Assembly: GCF_000143415.4 (NCBI RefSeq) | Contig: NW_003314343.1 | Span: 434,813 to 498,812 of the forward strand | DNA length: 64,000 nt | Reading direction: 5' to 3' | Origin: Selaginella moellendorffii | Lineage: Eukaryota > Plantae > Lycopodiophyta | Part shown: piece by piece, positions 25,163-38,039 of the stretch | Position numbering within the stretch: the first letter of the stretch is position 1 | Layout of the letters: every line of letters starts with the position of its first letter | Position numbers and translations under genes: made by a program | The notes under the pieces: generated by a model | Databases searched by the model: none | What the model was told of the DNA's origin: nothing | What the model saw: only the letters and a program-made list of their open reading frames with translations

Positions 25163-27117
25163 ATGGTGACCAGAGTTTTTCAAGGCGCAAAGCCCGACGG
25201 GGTCATGGCCAAGCGGATGAATGCTGCGCTCCTGCTGCTGTTGCTTAGAAGGTTGATAATTGTTCCTTCCATGCTGCTCATTTGCGTTTTCTGCATTTGG
25301 ACTGTGTTTGGATTGGCAGCATTCACAGTTTTCTCTCAATCTCGCCACTGCACAGCTCAAAAATGCACGTCCCTCGCCAGGAGGTGGATTGTGTTGTCCG
25401 AGCTGAAGTCCTCGGAGGCTTTTCCCTCCAATCTGCTGCTCAAGGAGCAAGTGCTGCCAAGCGATGGATTTGGGAGGTCGACCAAGTCCACCACCACGGA
25501 TCATCAGCAGGGAGCCGAGGATGGAGATACTGTGACAGATTTGGAGATGGAGGACGCTGAGGCTGCTGGTAACAACGGTCATAGACGTGGTGATGAAGAG
25601 GCGAGTCTACCCTTGGAGCTCAAGTCCCTGGGATTCTCAGGTGAGAAGGGCAATGCAAGACGACAGATGATCGAGAACAGGGTGCTAGGAACAGGGGAGG
25701 AGGATGTGGAAGACGAGGATGACGACTATGGTGAAGACGAAGACGAAGCTGATGAGACTCAAGAGGACAGCAGAGTTATCAGGCCGGGACTTTTGCGGAT
25801 CATGGACGAGTTGCGAGAGCACTCTCGGAACGAGGACAATGCAGTGGAAGAACCATCGTCGTCGTGCAGCGGGAAGTGGATCTACAGCTACAACCTTCCG
25901 GCGAGATTCAACGCGGACCTGGTTGCTCTGTGCGACCGCATTCTCCCGTGGTACTCGATGTGCGACTACTTCGAAAACTCTGGCATGGGCAAGGCGGTGA
26001 CGACGGACAGGGCCGGGGTGCTCAAGCCCGCCGGGAGGTGGCACAAGACCAACCAGTACATGCTCGAGGTCTTGTTTCACGCTCGGCTCAAGGAGTACGC
26101 CTGCCTCACGGATGATCCGGCCAAGGCGCAGCTCTTCTACATCCCATACTACGGAGGCCTGGACGTGTTCCGGTACGTAAAAACGCTTCTCTAGCTCCTC
26201 GAGAGACCGACACACGATGCATGCACAGGTACCACTACGCCAACGTGAGCTACGAGCAGAAAGACGAGCTCGGGGTGGAGCTCATGGGACTGCTCGAGCA
26301 GCACGAGTCGTGGAGGCGAAACGGGGGGATCGATCACTTTTTGGTGCTGGGAAAGATCACCTGGGACTTTCGCCGGACGGACACCGAGTGGGGAAACACG
26401 CTGCTGATGCTACCGGGGCTCGAGAACGTAACTCGACTGCTGCTGGAGCGCGACCCCTGGAACGCCAACGACGTCGGAGTGCCGCACCCGACGTACTTCC
26501 ACCCGGCCTCGGATAGGGACGTGGAGGAGTGGCTGCATGCCGTGGCGTCGTCCCGCCGCGACGCGCTCTTCAGCTTCGCGGGCATGCCGCGGACAACCGA
26601 CTCCATCCGCGCGGTGCTCATCGCCATCTGCACCAGCCAGCCACGACTCTGCCGCTTCCTCGAGTGCTCGGGGGACGTTTGCCTCCGGCCCGAGTCCACC
26701 ACGGAGCTCTTCCTCGCCTCGCACTTCTGCCTCCAGCCAGTCGGGGACAGCGCGACGCGGAGGTCGGTCTTCGACTCGCTCATCGCGGGATGCATCCCCG
26801 TGCTCTTCAGCCAAGAGACGGCCTACGTCCAGTACCCGTGGCACTTGCCGGCTCGGCTGGCCGACTACTCGGTCTACGTCCCCGCCGAGGACGTCAAGTC
26901 GGGCACCGTGGACATTGCCCGGCTGCTCGCGGCGATCTCGCCATCCCGGCGGCGGCGCATGCGACGTACCATCGTCACTCGGATCATCCCCCGACTCCTC
27001 TACGCCGCCCCGGCCGCCAACCTCACCACCTTTCGGCGGGATGCGTTCCAAGTCTCCATTACGAGCTTGCTGGAGAAGTCTAGATCCGCGCTCGCGGCCC
27101 TGGAATCAAAGTTATAG
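25163..27117 (+). CDS. Exostosin/GT47 glycosyltransferase (xyloglucan galactosyltransferase, MUR3/KATAMARI1-like); intron 26173-26228
   Basis: N-terminal TM, then CSGKWIYSYNLPARFN, TNQYMLEVLFH, DHFLVLGKITWDFRR, VPHPTYFHP and FCLQPVGDSATRRSVFDSLIAGCIPV. Confidence 0.92.
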
Positions 27118-27689
27118 TTTTGCTTGTGCTTGTGGTCGATTGAGTGAGATCTAAAGGTGTTGTGACAAGCAAGAGCATTGCCGTGGGTGGGGTCTGCTTC
27201 CACTGCGAAAAAGAGAGACGCACTCTTTAAAGTTTGTTGTGTGGATTTCACACACTCGCGATTGTTTGCGTGACAATGCCATGAAACTCGCCCGATGAAG
27301 ACGAGACGATCCTTGGCCAGATTGCGAGATCGAGCGATACTGCTTTGCTAGACAACTGCTGGTCCGTGAAGAACAAGGACACGCGGGTGGGGTCTCTCAA
27401 GAACTAGACCCACCGGGAATATTCCGCTAACGGCGGTTGACGCCCGGCATGATGCCCATGCCATGCCATGCCCATCATATGCGGTCATGGTCCCATTCAT
27501 CGCTCCCTCTTTGTGTTCTTCGTCGCGTGATTTGTTTTTGCCTCCCACGCCCCCATCCAAGTTAAAACCAAACAGAACCATCCCTCCGCGCACCATCCGA
27601 TCTCCGCCGCCACCGCCATCTCCTCCGTCCAATCCATCCACCTCGCAAATTCCGTAGACCAAGCACACAAGAGCGAGAGAGAAAGAGAG

Positions 27690-28420
27690 AGAAGCACAAA
27701 AAAAAAAAAAAAAAGAACGAACAAAGAGAAAGAAGAACGCGAGGCAAAAGAAAAGCGCTCCTTTTGGTCGTGTAGTGTAGTGTAGTGTAGCCATCCAGCC
27801 AAGCCCAGCCCAGCCCAGCCCAGCCCGGCCACCATTTTGCGCCATCGTAGAGCCACAATCGCCCATCACCGCCACCATTGGGTTTTGTTGGCTAGTCGTG
27901 CGTGCCGGAGAGAGTGAGAAAGAGAGAGAGAGTGAGTGAGAAAGAGCCAGTCGTCCATCCAGTAGGAATTTTTTTTTCCTTAATTTTGTGTGTGTGTGGT
28001 GGAGTAGTAGTGGTGGTAGTAGTAGTCGTCGTCGTCCAAACCCAACCCCATCACCATGCTCATGAGGAAGAAGATAGAAGGAACCAACAACAAGACGAAG
28101 TCGTCTCCCTTGTTCTTCACCCCACCCGATTCCCCCGATCCGATATCGTCCCCGCCACCCCAATCCTCGCCGCCACCGCCCCGCTTGCTCCTGCTGCCGC
28201 TGCCGCTGCTACTGCTGCTGCCGCGGCCAAGGAGAAAAAGGAAAAGAAAGAAAGAGAGAGAGACAGAGAGAGAGAGAGAAGGAAGTTCTAAGAGAGAAGA
28301 ATTAGAACTCTTTGCGAGCGAGCGAGGCGAGGCGAGGGCGCGCGAGAGTGAGAGTGATCACACACCCCAATCCCACAAACAAGCCCTCTTCTCTCTCTCC
28401 TTCTCACTCTCTTCTCTCTC
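27690..28420. repeat. Microsatellite-rich intergenic/5' region (A-runs, GA, GTAGT, CCCAG, GTA/GTC repeats)
   Basis: Simple repeats directly visible upstream of the RLT gene. Confidence 0.7.
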
Positions 28421-28755
28421 AAACTAGACTATACCACGCACCCAAATCCGTGTTGTGAGATTAAGATTAGCAGTCTCGGTCCCCGGTGGTGGTGGTGCTT
28501 CTCCTCCCCATCCATCCATCATCCCCAGAAAAGGCCACCAGTTTTTTTTTTTTTTTTCCTTTCTCTCCTCTTTGTTTCCTCCTCTCCCATCCCATCTCTT
28601 GTTCTTTCCCCCTTTTTCTCTCCGTTTGGTACCCGATTCATCCGTGTAGCGTTGCCCTTCCATTCGATCTCTCGCTTGCTCGCGTAGATCCGCGCCGGAG
28701 GCGACTTGGGTTGCTCGGATCTGGGGTGCGGCCGTGTTCTTGAGCGCGCTGGGGC

Positions 28756-31700
28756 ATGGAGGGCGACGACAAGCCGCGCAAGGGAGAGGACAAGGATAAG
28801 GGTCTCAACACCAAGCGCAAGATGAAGACGCCCTCGCAACTCGAAATTCTCGAGAGGGTCTACGCCGGTGAGTGATTCCCCTCCCCTCGCTCTCGATCGA
28901 TTCGTGCTTCTTCCTGTGGTGGATTGATTGGTTTTCTCTCTTTTTTTTTTGTGTGTGTTCTTCGTGTTCTTCGTGCTGTTTAGAGGACAAGTACCCCTCC
29001 GAGGTGGTCCGCGCGGAGCTCTCCACGAAATTGAGCCTCACGGACAGGCAGCTCCAGATGTGGTTCTGCCACCGGCGGCTCAAGGACAGGAAGGGCGACG
29101 AGGGCGGCGCCCCTCCTGGAGCTCCCGCCGCGACCTCGTCAAAGAAGCAAAAGAGGAAGAAGGACAAAGAAGCTGCCACCGGTGCTGGCGGCGCGGCGCT
29201 CCTCTTGCTGCCTCCTCCTCCGCCTCTTCCTCCAAATCCAAGCCCAGCGTCCATGCTTGGAGCAGCGGTCGATCTCCCGGATGCCAAAGTAGCAGCAGTG
29301 GCAGCGCCGGCGGGTGGCGAGGAAGTCGCCAAGGCGACGACGATGACGACGAAAAAGGAAGGTGGCGGTAAGAAGCGGAGCGCGGCAGCCATGGCCGCCG
29401 AGGAGCTCAAGCGCGAGCGGGAGGTGATCACTCTGGTGGAGCAGCAGCTCGGGGAGCCGATCCGAGAGGACGGACCCGTGCTGGGAAGGGAGTTTGATCC
29501 GCTCCCTCCCGGACCCTTCGACACTCCTATAGGTACGTAAGCATGGCTGGATATGTCTGTGGTTTCGCGAAAACGCAGTGCTTGAGATGATTTGTGTGCT
29601 TGCATGGCAGACTCGTCGACGTTCTCGCTCAATGCGGCCGAGCTCAAGGTAAGATCGAGGAAGAGTTTGTTCTCTCGGTCGTGTTCTCAGGCGTGTTTTC
29701 GTGTTTTTCAGGCTCCAGGAGCTCCAGAGTTGGGTAGCAGCCGGCGGACATCCCCGCTGACGAGCAGCAGGACGATTCCCCGGGAGCACCAGTTCATTCC
29801 GGAGCATCCAACCGGAGCTCAGTTCCAGCCTTGCAAGCTGGAGAGGGACGGCAAAGGAAAGGCGCAGCAGAGTAGCAGCTCGCTCACGGATGCCAGAGTT
29901 CCGAACCTCTCCTTGAATTTCCTGCCGCATGGTGACGCTGATGCCGGCGTGGAGGAGCAGCTACTCAAGCCGTCTCACGTCGTGATTCCTGAAATGCCCG
30001 AGCCGCCGCAACCCGGAAGCAGCAAGAAACGCAAGGTAAAAATCTTAGCTTTGAGGCCAGGCTTACGTGTGCATAGGTCCAGAGTGACGACGCAAAGCTC
30101 GCCCGGGAGCTCGAGGCCCAAGAGAAGAAGCTCAAGAGAGAAGCTGAGAAGCAGGAAGCGGCACGCCGCAAGGTAAGCTAACTTACTTTGTTCTTTATAG
30201 TCTGTGACACGGTTGGCTGGCAGAGGGAAGAGCAGGAGAGAAAAGAGATCGAGAAGATCAACAGAGAGAGGCAGAGGGAGCTGGAGAAGATCAACCGCGA
30301 GAGGCAACGCGAGGAGGAGAGACATCAACGCGAGCAGAAGAAAGAACAGGATCGCTTGGAGAGACTGGCTCAAAAGGAGCAGCAACGGGTGAGGGTGTAT
30401 GGCTTTCAAAGTTTAGGACTAGCTGATCACGAGACATTGGTGGTGGTTTCAGCTGGAGAAGTTGCGCTTGAAGGAGGAGGTCCGGCGGCAAAAAGAGGCT
30501 GCGAAGCTCCAGGCCGCTTACGAGCGAGCGACCGCAAAGAAGCTTGCCAAGCTTTCCACGGGTCTGATGGACGACGAGCAGCTAGAACTCATGCAGATGG
30601 GCGCGTTTGTTCAAGGACTCGTCTCCGGTGATATGGAGGGTGGCTCGGCTTTCGACCCAAGCAAAGGTTTGGAGCTATCTTGCTGTTCTTGTGTTTAAAG
30701 TTTTCTATTTTCCGCGCAGTGGAGCTTAAGAAGTACCCGCCAGCTTCAGTGCGGATGAAGAAGGTTCTTGGAGTCTCGCCTTGGGATTCTGTGCAGAACG
30801 TTTCCAATCTTCTTATGGTGAGCGCTAGTTTTTTTCCAGCTTCCAGCCAACTTAACTCGTGTTGCCAAACAGGTCTGGGGATTCTTGACCACATTCTCGG
30901 ACGCCATTGGGCTGTGGCCATTTACAGTCGACGAACTCGTCCAGGGGCTTCATGACTTTGTAAGTTTTTGAGCGTTGCTCGTCCTTGGCCTGCTAGAGCT
31001 TCGTGCTTTTCCACGTTTGTGCAGGATTCCAGGCTCCTCAACGAAACTTACATTGCGCTGCTGAGGACTTTGATCAGAGATGTGGAAGATGCCGCGCAAG
31101 CAGCGGCGAGTGGAACCGCTGGAAGTCAGCACGCGATTGCTGTTGCGGCTGGTGGTCACCCGCAGATTGTTGAAGCCGTAAGCTAGCGGTTTTTTCCTTC
31201 TTCTGTCTTGCGTGTTTCTTGACCAGGCATGGTGTGCTCTCGCAGGCTTATACGTGGGGTTTTGACATTCAGGAATGGGGCCAGCATATGAGCCCTCTAA
31301 CGTGGCCAGAGATCCTTAGACAGTTCGCACTGGCAGCCGGTTATGGACCGAGGTGGAAGAAAAAAACGCAGTCACCCGATGCAAAGCCGGATTGTATCGA
31401 GGTATTTTTTATTCCTTCTCGTGTTTTTCTCTTACGTGCCGTGTCGTGCAGATACACGATGGCCACAACGCGAATGCGATCGCGACGCTGCGCTCCGGGG
31501 CTGCTGCAGTGAATGCTGTAGCTCTCATGCGTGGCAAGCATGGCACTCGACTAAAGGTGCGCAAGGGCCAGACTCCCAAGCTTACTCCGGGAACTGTCAA
31601 GTACGCTGCGTTCCACGTCCTGTCCATTCAAGGCAGCAAGGGCCTTACCATTCTGGAGCTAACAGACAGGATACAGGTAACTCGAATAGATGTAGACTTT

Positions 31701-34700
31701 GCTCGTTAAGCTGTCTAAGAGGGGGCTCGTGTTGCAGAAATCAGGCCTTCGGGACTTGTCATCGAGCAAGACACCGGAGGCGTCGATCTCAGCTGCCTTG
31801 TCCAGAGACACGTATCTGTTTGAGCGTGTTGCGCCGTCAACTTACTGCGTCCGTTCGCCGTTTCGAAGGGACCCGGACGATGCGGAAGATGTGCTGCAAG
31901 CTGCACTGGAGAGGACGTATTTGTATCAGACTCGGCAGCTGGACCCGGAGAAGGCAGACGAGGACGTGGAGGATGCCGAGGAGGAGTCCGAAGGCGAAGA
32001 GCACGAGGTTGAAGAAGCGGAGCATGAAAGCGAGCATATGGACGCGGAAGTGGAACGGGCCGAGCAGCATCAACAGCACGAGGATGCTCGCGAGCACGAC
32101 GAGAGCGGGCATGCCTCCGAGAGCTACGAGACTCCACGGAGGGGTAAAGTTATTCTGCGGTTAAAAACGGGGAAGCCTCAAGATAGTGCGGGTGAGGCAA
32201 CAGCAACAGCAGCAGCTGGAACAGCGGAGAGCTTTGAGACGGAAACACCAGCAGCAGTAGCAGCAGTAGCAGCACTAGCAGATTCCAAGGACGATGCAGT
32301 GAGGCACTTGCGGCCCCCGCCTGATGCTCTCAGGAAAGTTGACAATGACGACGAGATGGAAATTGACGAGAGCCAAGTGGGAGAGCCGTGGGTGCAGGGG
32401 CTCATGGAAGGAGAGTTTGCGGACTTGAGCATTGAGGAGCGGCTGAATGCTTTGGTGGCTCTCGTGGATGTGTTGAACGAAGGCAACACCATCAGATCAG
32501 TGCTTGAGGTACCTACATTTTGTTTCTTCTCTTTTTCTAGTGTGTCAACCTTTTCAACGTTTCTAGGAACGATATGAATCGGCCTCGGCTCTTAAGAGAC
32601 AACTGTGGGAGGAAGTTCAGGTGGACAAGCGTCGTATCAAGGAGGAGGCAAGCAAGTCGGCTGCCAAGTCCGAAGTGCCGGACGATGAGAGGCCCGCTGG
32701 TTCCGCTGCGGAGTGCGACAACGGGGCCTCGACCTCGGCAGCAGCGCATGCGGACAAGTCACGGGTTCAGATAAAAGCCGAGATCAGGTTGAGAGCCGAG
32801 AAGCTCTACGTGATCAGGTCCATGCCTCTTGGTTTAGATCGGAGACACAACAGGTACTGGCAGTTTGCAGCGTCAAACGGTGGTGAGGATCCTGGTCGTG
32901 CGAGAATCTATTTCGAGTGTAACGAAGATGGACACTGGGAAGTTATAGACACGGAAGAGGTACGAAGAAAGCCTGTCTCTCATCTTCGCTTCGCTCACGT
33001 TTCGTGATTGAATGCAGGCTTTAGATGCGCTCATGGCATGCCTAGACACACGCGGAGCAAGGGAGGCGAGCCTCTATAACATCTTAACTCACATAGGGGG
33101 CCCCGTCAGGAAAGCTATGAAGAGTCTTGCTCAGTCGAGAGCGTACGTGGAGTCATCCAAAGGCAAGGCGGAGGGAAGTCCGTCTAGTGGAGTTTTCGGA
33201 CCGTCGGACGCCTCTCCAGAGGTGCCAAGCGCCATTCCAGTTGAACTTGGAAGGTCCACACTTGAGATCCAGCACGCCATGGATCGCTTCAAGGACCTGG
33301 ACAGATGGCTCTGGAACCGGTGCTTGGCAAGAGGAGGGAAGAACCTCAAGGCTCTCAGCCTGGGAAACAAACGAGACGTGGAGATGTTGGCCACCTGCGA
33401 GCTGTGCCATGGCTTGTACTGGCCGGATGAAAACCACTGCCCGTATTGTCACGCCATGGTTGAGAGCTCCAAGTTCTCTAGTCACGTTCGCGAGTGCGAA
33501 AGCAAGCTCGAGGCAAAGCAGGGAATTGGATATCAACTTCTTCCATCTCGGCTACAGCTGCTCAAACAACTCTTGTTGTCTGTGGAGGTATGCGGAAGCT
33601 TTCTAGTTCTTTGCGCGTTTCTAATGCTTGTATCGCCCTTAGGTGGCTGTTCCAGCGGAAGCGTTCAAGGATTCATGGACGAGTGACTCCCGGAGGATCT
33701 GGTGTAGTAATGTCAAGGCTGCATCGTCGTCGAGCGAGCTTCTTGAGGTAAGCCCCGGAGTGCAGTGCTACTTGTGTTGCTGACTTTGTGGGTTGTGGCA
33801 GGCCCTCACCGAGCTGGAGAGCTGTGTGGACGAGAACTGGATCTCTTCGTCTTTTGAGACTGCAGAAAAGGCCTTGAGCACAACAGCACTGGGGAGCAAC
33901 TCAAGGAGGAAAAACTTGCCTTGGATCCCGCAGACAACAGCGGCAGTGGCGTTGCGGCTAAGTGCGTTTGATGCAGCCATAGCTTTCAGCACGGAGCAAA
34001 GACAGCAGCTGGAGGAGACTTACCAGAACAGCGACCATGGCTTCCACCGCGGGACTGTAAGTCCTTGGTATCTATTCTTTTTCTCTCAGCGTTTCATTCT
34101 TCTGTGCACGCAGGCGGACGAGGCGGCTCCCAACGCAAATGAGTTTGCGGCAAGTCCCCAAGGGACGAGCTCCCCGGACAGCGGCTCACCGCTGGAGGTA
34201 CAAAACGGGCATGTCCGAATGCGTTCTCCGCAGCACCACCGTTCGAGCTACCTGGAAGAACAGCACGAGGAAGAAGACAATCAACAGCAGGAAGTGGAGA
34301 AGCAGCAACAGATGGAGCAGCAGCAGCCGGGAAGAGGCCGTCTGCTGTTCCGTTTTCCTGGACGAAACGTCGAGCACCGTCAACAGGCGCAAGCGGGAGC
34401 ATCGGGTGGGGGTGGTGAGATGGATGAGAGCTCGGACGAGGACGACGAGGAAGGCCAGGGTTGGGAGAGGCAGGGATCGGACGAGCACTCTTATGAAGAT
34501 GATCAGCAACACCATCACCAGCAGCACCACCACCACCAGCAACAGGAGGAGGAGGAGGAGGATGAAGAGGAGGGGCAGCAAGCACCGCAACACTTCTACG
34601 ATCGTCAAGAACAGGAGGAAATCAACAGCATGATAATGGGCGAAGAGGAGAGCTATGATGAGGAGGAAGAGGAGGAAGGCGAGGAACTCCACCGCCAAGA

Positions 34701-34810
34701 ACAGCAGCAGCGGCAACAGCACCATGGACAGCACCATGGAGATTACGAAGAAGAGGAGGAAGTGGAGGAAGAGGAAGTGGAGTTAGAGGAGGAGCTGTCC
34801 GAGGAATCGA

Positions 34811-34815
<5 letters not shown>
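28756..34815 (+). CDS. RLT: Homeobox-DDT domain protein (RINGLET/RLT family, ISWI partner), multi-exon
   Basis: Homeodomain KRKMKTPSQLEILERVYA...QLQMWFCHRRLKDRK; DDT region LLMVWGFLTTF; HARE-HTH LTPGTVKYAAFHVLS; WHIM motifs LSIEERLNALVAL and PLGLDRRHNRYWQF; acidic tail. Confidence 0.92.

Positions 34816-34848
<33 letters not shown>
34814..34848 (+). repeat. (GA)n microsatellite at the RLT stop codon
   Basis: About 17 GA units. Confidence 0.95.
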
Positions 34849-34851
<3 letters not shown>

Positions 34852-34939
34852 GGTGTAGTCAAATGCCACACAGTGGCAGCGGAGAAGATATGAATTATTC
34901 AAGATAAACTCTATAGCTCTGTAAACATCACGCTCCCAA

Positions 34940-35355
34940 GCTTGTGAGAGAGTTTCAGCGATTCAGTGACCATGATGATGTTGAGTCGCACGACGAGAGC
35001 CTTCCATGCTGGTGGAACAAGTGCTTCTTCACGACCTCCCACTGCCCTTTATCCGGACATAGAACTGGTAGCTTTCTCTTCTCCGTTTGCTGGCCATCGG
35101 ATTCTTCCTGATTGGTAAGTGTGTGAAACCGAGGAGTCAAGTGATCCAAGCAAATACCTTGTGCAGCTACATCTTCCTGATTGCCACCACCATCGACCGC
35201 AGAACACCCAGTGACACAGCATGCCATCCTTGGAGACACTATAAGGGCAGATCCCACCCTCAGTGCTCTCGGTGAAGAAGACGCCATCGACAACATTGCG
35301 GTGCGCGTGAGTGTGAAAATCTTCACTGCAAGGTCCTTGCGGCTGCAGATGATTT
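34940..35355 (-). pseudogene. PWP2: PWP2 fragment extending beyond module B
   Basis: 35205-35350 is homologous to module B, and the fragment continues into GQWEVVKKHLFHQHGRLSSCD. Confidence 0.6.
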
Positions 35356-36499
35356 ATATTGTTTGCTACTCATGATTTGCGTAATTCATATGCTAATTGA
35401 GTACTCAAGATGATGTTTTAGTCAACAATGTCATCCATTCTAAGAAATAATTTGTATACATTATTAATATTTATATTACCACAATAAATTTCCTTAGCCA
35501 TAATATATTATAAATGGAAAAATATAATTATGTCAAAATTAGACGATATCAAGATATATAAGAAGAAAATCACCATTCAAAAAGTCTAGTTAGGCAAATC
35601 AATGAAAGGGAGAGATAGTCACAAACTATGCCAATAAGATATAAGCTAGCTAGCCCACATTTGATTTGGCATACTCCAAGCAAGAGCAAAAATTACATTT
35701 GATAATATTATATATGCTCATGTTTCAAGATTACATCTAGTGTGTTGTAATTTTGTGATTACATTTTTTTTTTGGCATAAACTTAAAGCGTGTCTGTATA
35801 AACTAAAGTACAAAAGTTTTTTAAATGGATGTTAATCACAGCTTTTGTTACCAATCAGATTTTCTTGGGTTTGGGTATCAGCCCTATTTAACATCTATGA
35901 TCAGATTGCTAGCTCATTACTACAAAATCAAGTTCATTCCTTCTACCAAGGAAAATCTTCTCTAGGTTTTACATTGTCTGTTATTGCTTTAGTCCAACAG
36001 TGTTGATCTAAACTTAAATATATAATAACAAAGATAATGTTCAGTTTATGTTCATTATATTTGTCGTTTTCTTTCCTGCAAAAGTAGAATGGCAACAAAT
36101 CCCCACAATAACCTCCACTCATTCCCTTTGAAAGAGAATGTTTGGTGTGAGAGTGGAGGCATGCTAAGCCCAGTGCTAAGGATGGTGTTTAAGGGAAGCC
36201 ATGCCTCAACACAACATCTCCCCTACACCACAACAAGACAGCCGAAAGGTAGCTTTGTCCAGTGCTTACTCTCTCCCTCTCCACATTATCGTTGTCAGGC
36301 AATATACCAAAATGTGGAGTCTCCTCATTCCAATGTCATAGCTATCCAAAAATTCATCAGCACCAGTGAGAGAGTTTTGAATATCCCTTGGTTGATTGAT
36401 TGAGCTGCAAAATAGAAGGGCTCATTTTTTGGGTTAGAGCATATTCATGCATATCTTCCAAACTAACATTGCTGGCATGGCCAGATATGCCCAAGCCAG

Positions 36500-37620
36500 G
36501 CATCAGGTTCTTTGAGGCTGAGGGAAGTGACCATCATCAAGGTGCTCACGGTGTGTTCCAAACCCTGGGAGCCATCCCAGGGGATTGTGAGGTAAACACG
36601 CTGGTGAGCATGGTGGAAGCTTGCTTGATGCCAAGGCGGGTGGAGCATCGCAACCAGCACTGCAAGGCTGACATTCTCGACCTCTTGCTTGAATCTCACT
36701 GTCAGGATCGTTCTCAACGCTTGTGCTTGGATTGAAGCTTTGGAGTGATCCACCAAAGCTTGATGCAAAGTTCGCTGTTGGGAGCCCCGGCAGCGTCATG
36801 TCCCTGTTCTTAAAGTTTTGAGCAACAGTCTCGACAAATGCAGAAGAGCTAGGGTGATTAGAACAAAAATTAGAAGATTTCTGCAAAAGCAAAAGCAATC
36901 TGGTAATTACATACTTTTAGCTTTTTTAATATCATAAATGTTCCTACTATGCCGATTGAGCATATCATAAACGTTCCTACTATGTTGGTGATGATCCAGC
37001 TAAGAGTCAATGATTCCAATCCAGTTATGATGATGGTGATGACAGGAAGAAGACTTGATAATCCTAATCCAGCTATGATGCTGATGCTAACATAAAGAAG
37101 AATCAATATAACATTGGTGATGGTGCTGGTGGTGGTCCTAGTGCTGGTGCAAGTCCCTGTGCTATTCTTTGCCCCTGTCCCCATCCTCTGTGGTGGTGGT
37201 GGTGGTGAGGATGGTGGCAGTGGTGGTGACAGTGGTGGTGGTCGTGGTGAGGATGGTGGCAGTGGTGGCAATCGTGTCTCCTCACCCAGCATGCTCTCCT
37301 CAACCATTGATGGTTCCTCATCCATGGAACCCATGGACGACGATTGTGGACACATCTCCTCACCCATAGACTCCCAGACCAGTGAGACCAACTCCGCCAT
37401 GAACTCCTGGACCACCGGCGGTGGCGTTGACAGCAGCGGAGGCAAAGGAGGCGGTGGCAGCTGTAGCGGCAATTGCTTCAATAGCTCTTGGAGTCGCTCC
37501 TCCACCACTGCCACTCGCTGCTCCACCACTGCCAATTGCTGCTCAAGGAGCGCCACTCAGTGGTAAATGATATCATCACTATTGATCCACCCAAACCCTT
37601 CCCAAAAGCCCTACAAGAAT
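36500..37620 (-). other. Diverged single copy of repeat modules A+C with an uninterrupted 228-codon frame (coiled coil, Pro-rich, C-terminal hydrophobic helices; no ATG at the start)
   Basis: ORF 36870..37556 shares EQRLQELLKQLP, EEPSMVEESMLGEETRLPPLP and KVCN with the repeat. It begins with GTG directly after a TGA. Confidence 0.7.
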
Positions 37621-38039
37621 AATATTTTATCTTGATTCAATCCTTTTTACCAAAAAGGACGTTTTGTATCCTTTTTGGCCAAAAAGGATACCTTTGCTGC
37701 TCCATCAGACCGTGGAAAGCGGCATGTCAACTGGCTGAACACGTCAAAGGTGGCGGACTTCCATCGACGGTCCCGGACGCGGTGGCCGGAGTATACAACT
37801 CCAAGGGTGGCGGCACTTGGATGAGCGTCACCAAGACGCTCGAGGGGTGGGCTTGGATGTGACGTGCTCGGCTCAGGGGGATACCAGTTGGCAGTGGAGA
37901 CGCAGACGGCCATGCAAGTGATCCCCACGGACCCTGGACAGGTCAACTCGCAGGAGAGTGGTGCTGCAAGCCAGACAGGTGTGGTTCCAAGAGGTGCTAC
38001 TGGCGAGTGTAGTTCACCGGGACGCGCGTGAGGCAGTGG

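Noticed and set aside
27348-28427. Long ORFs upstream of RLT
   Set aside because: They are low-complexity translations of microsatellite sequence with no recognisable domain.
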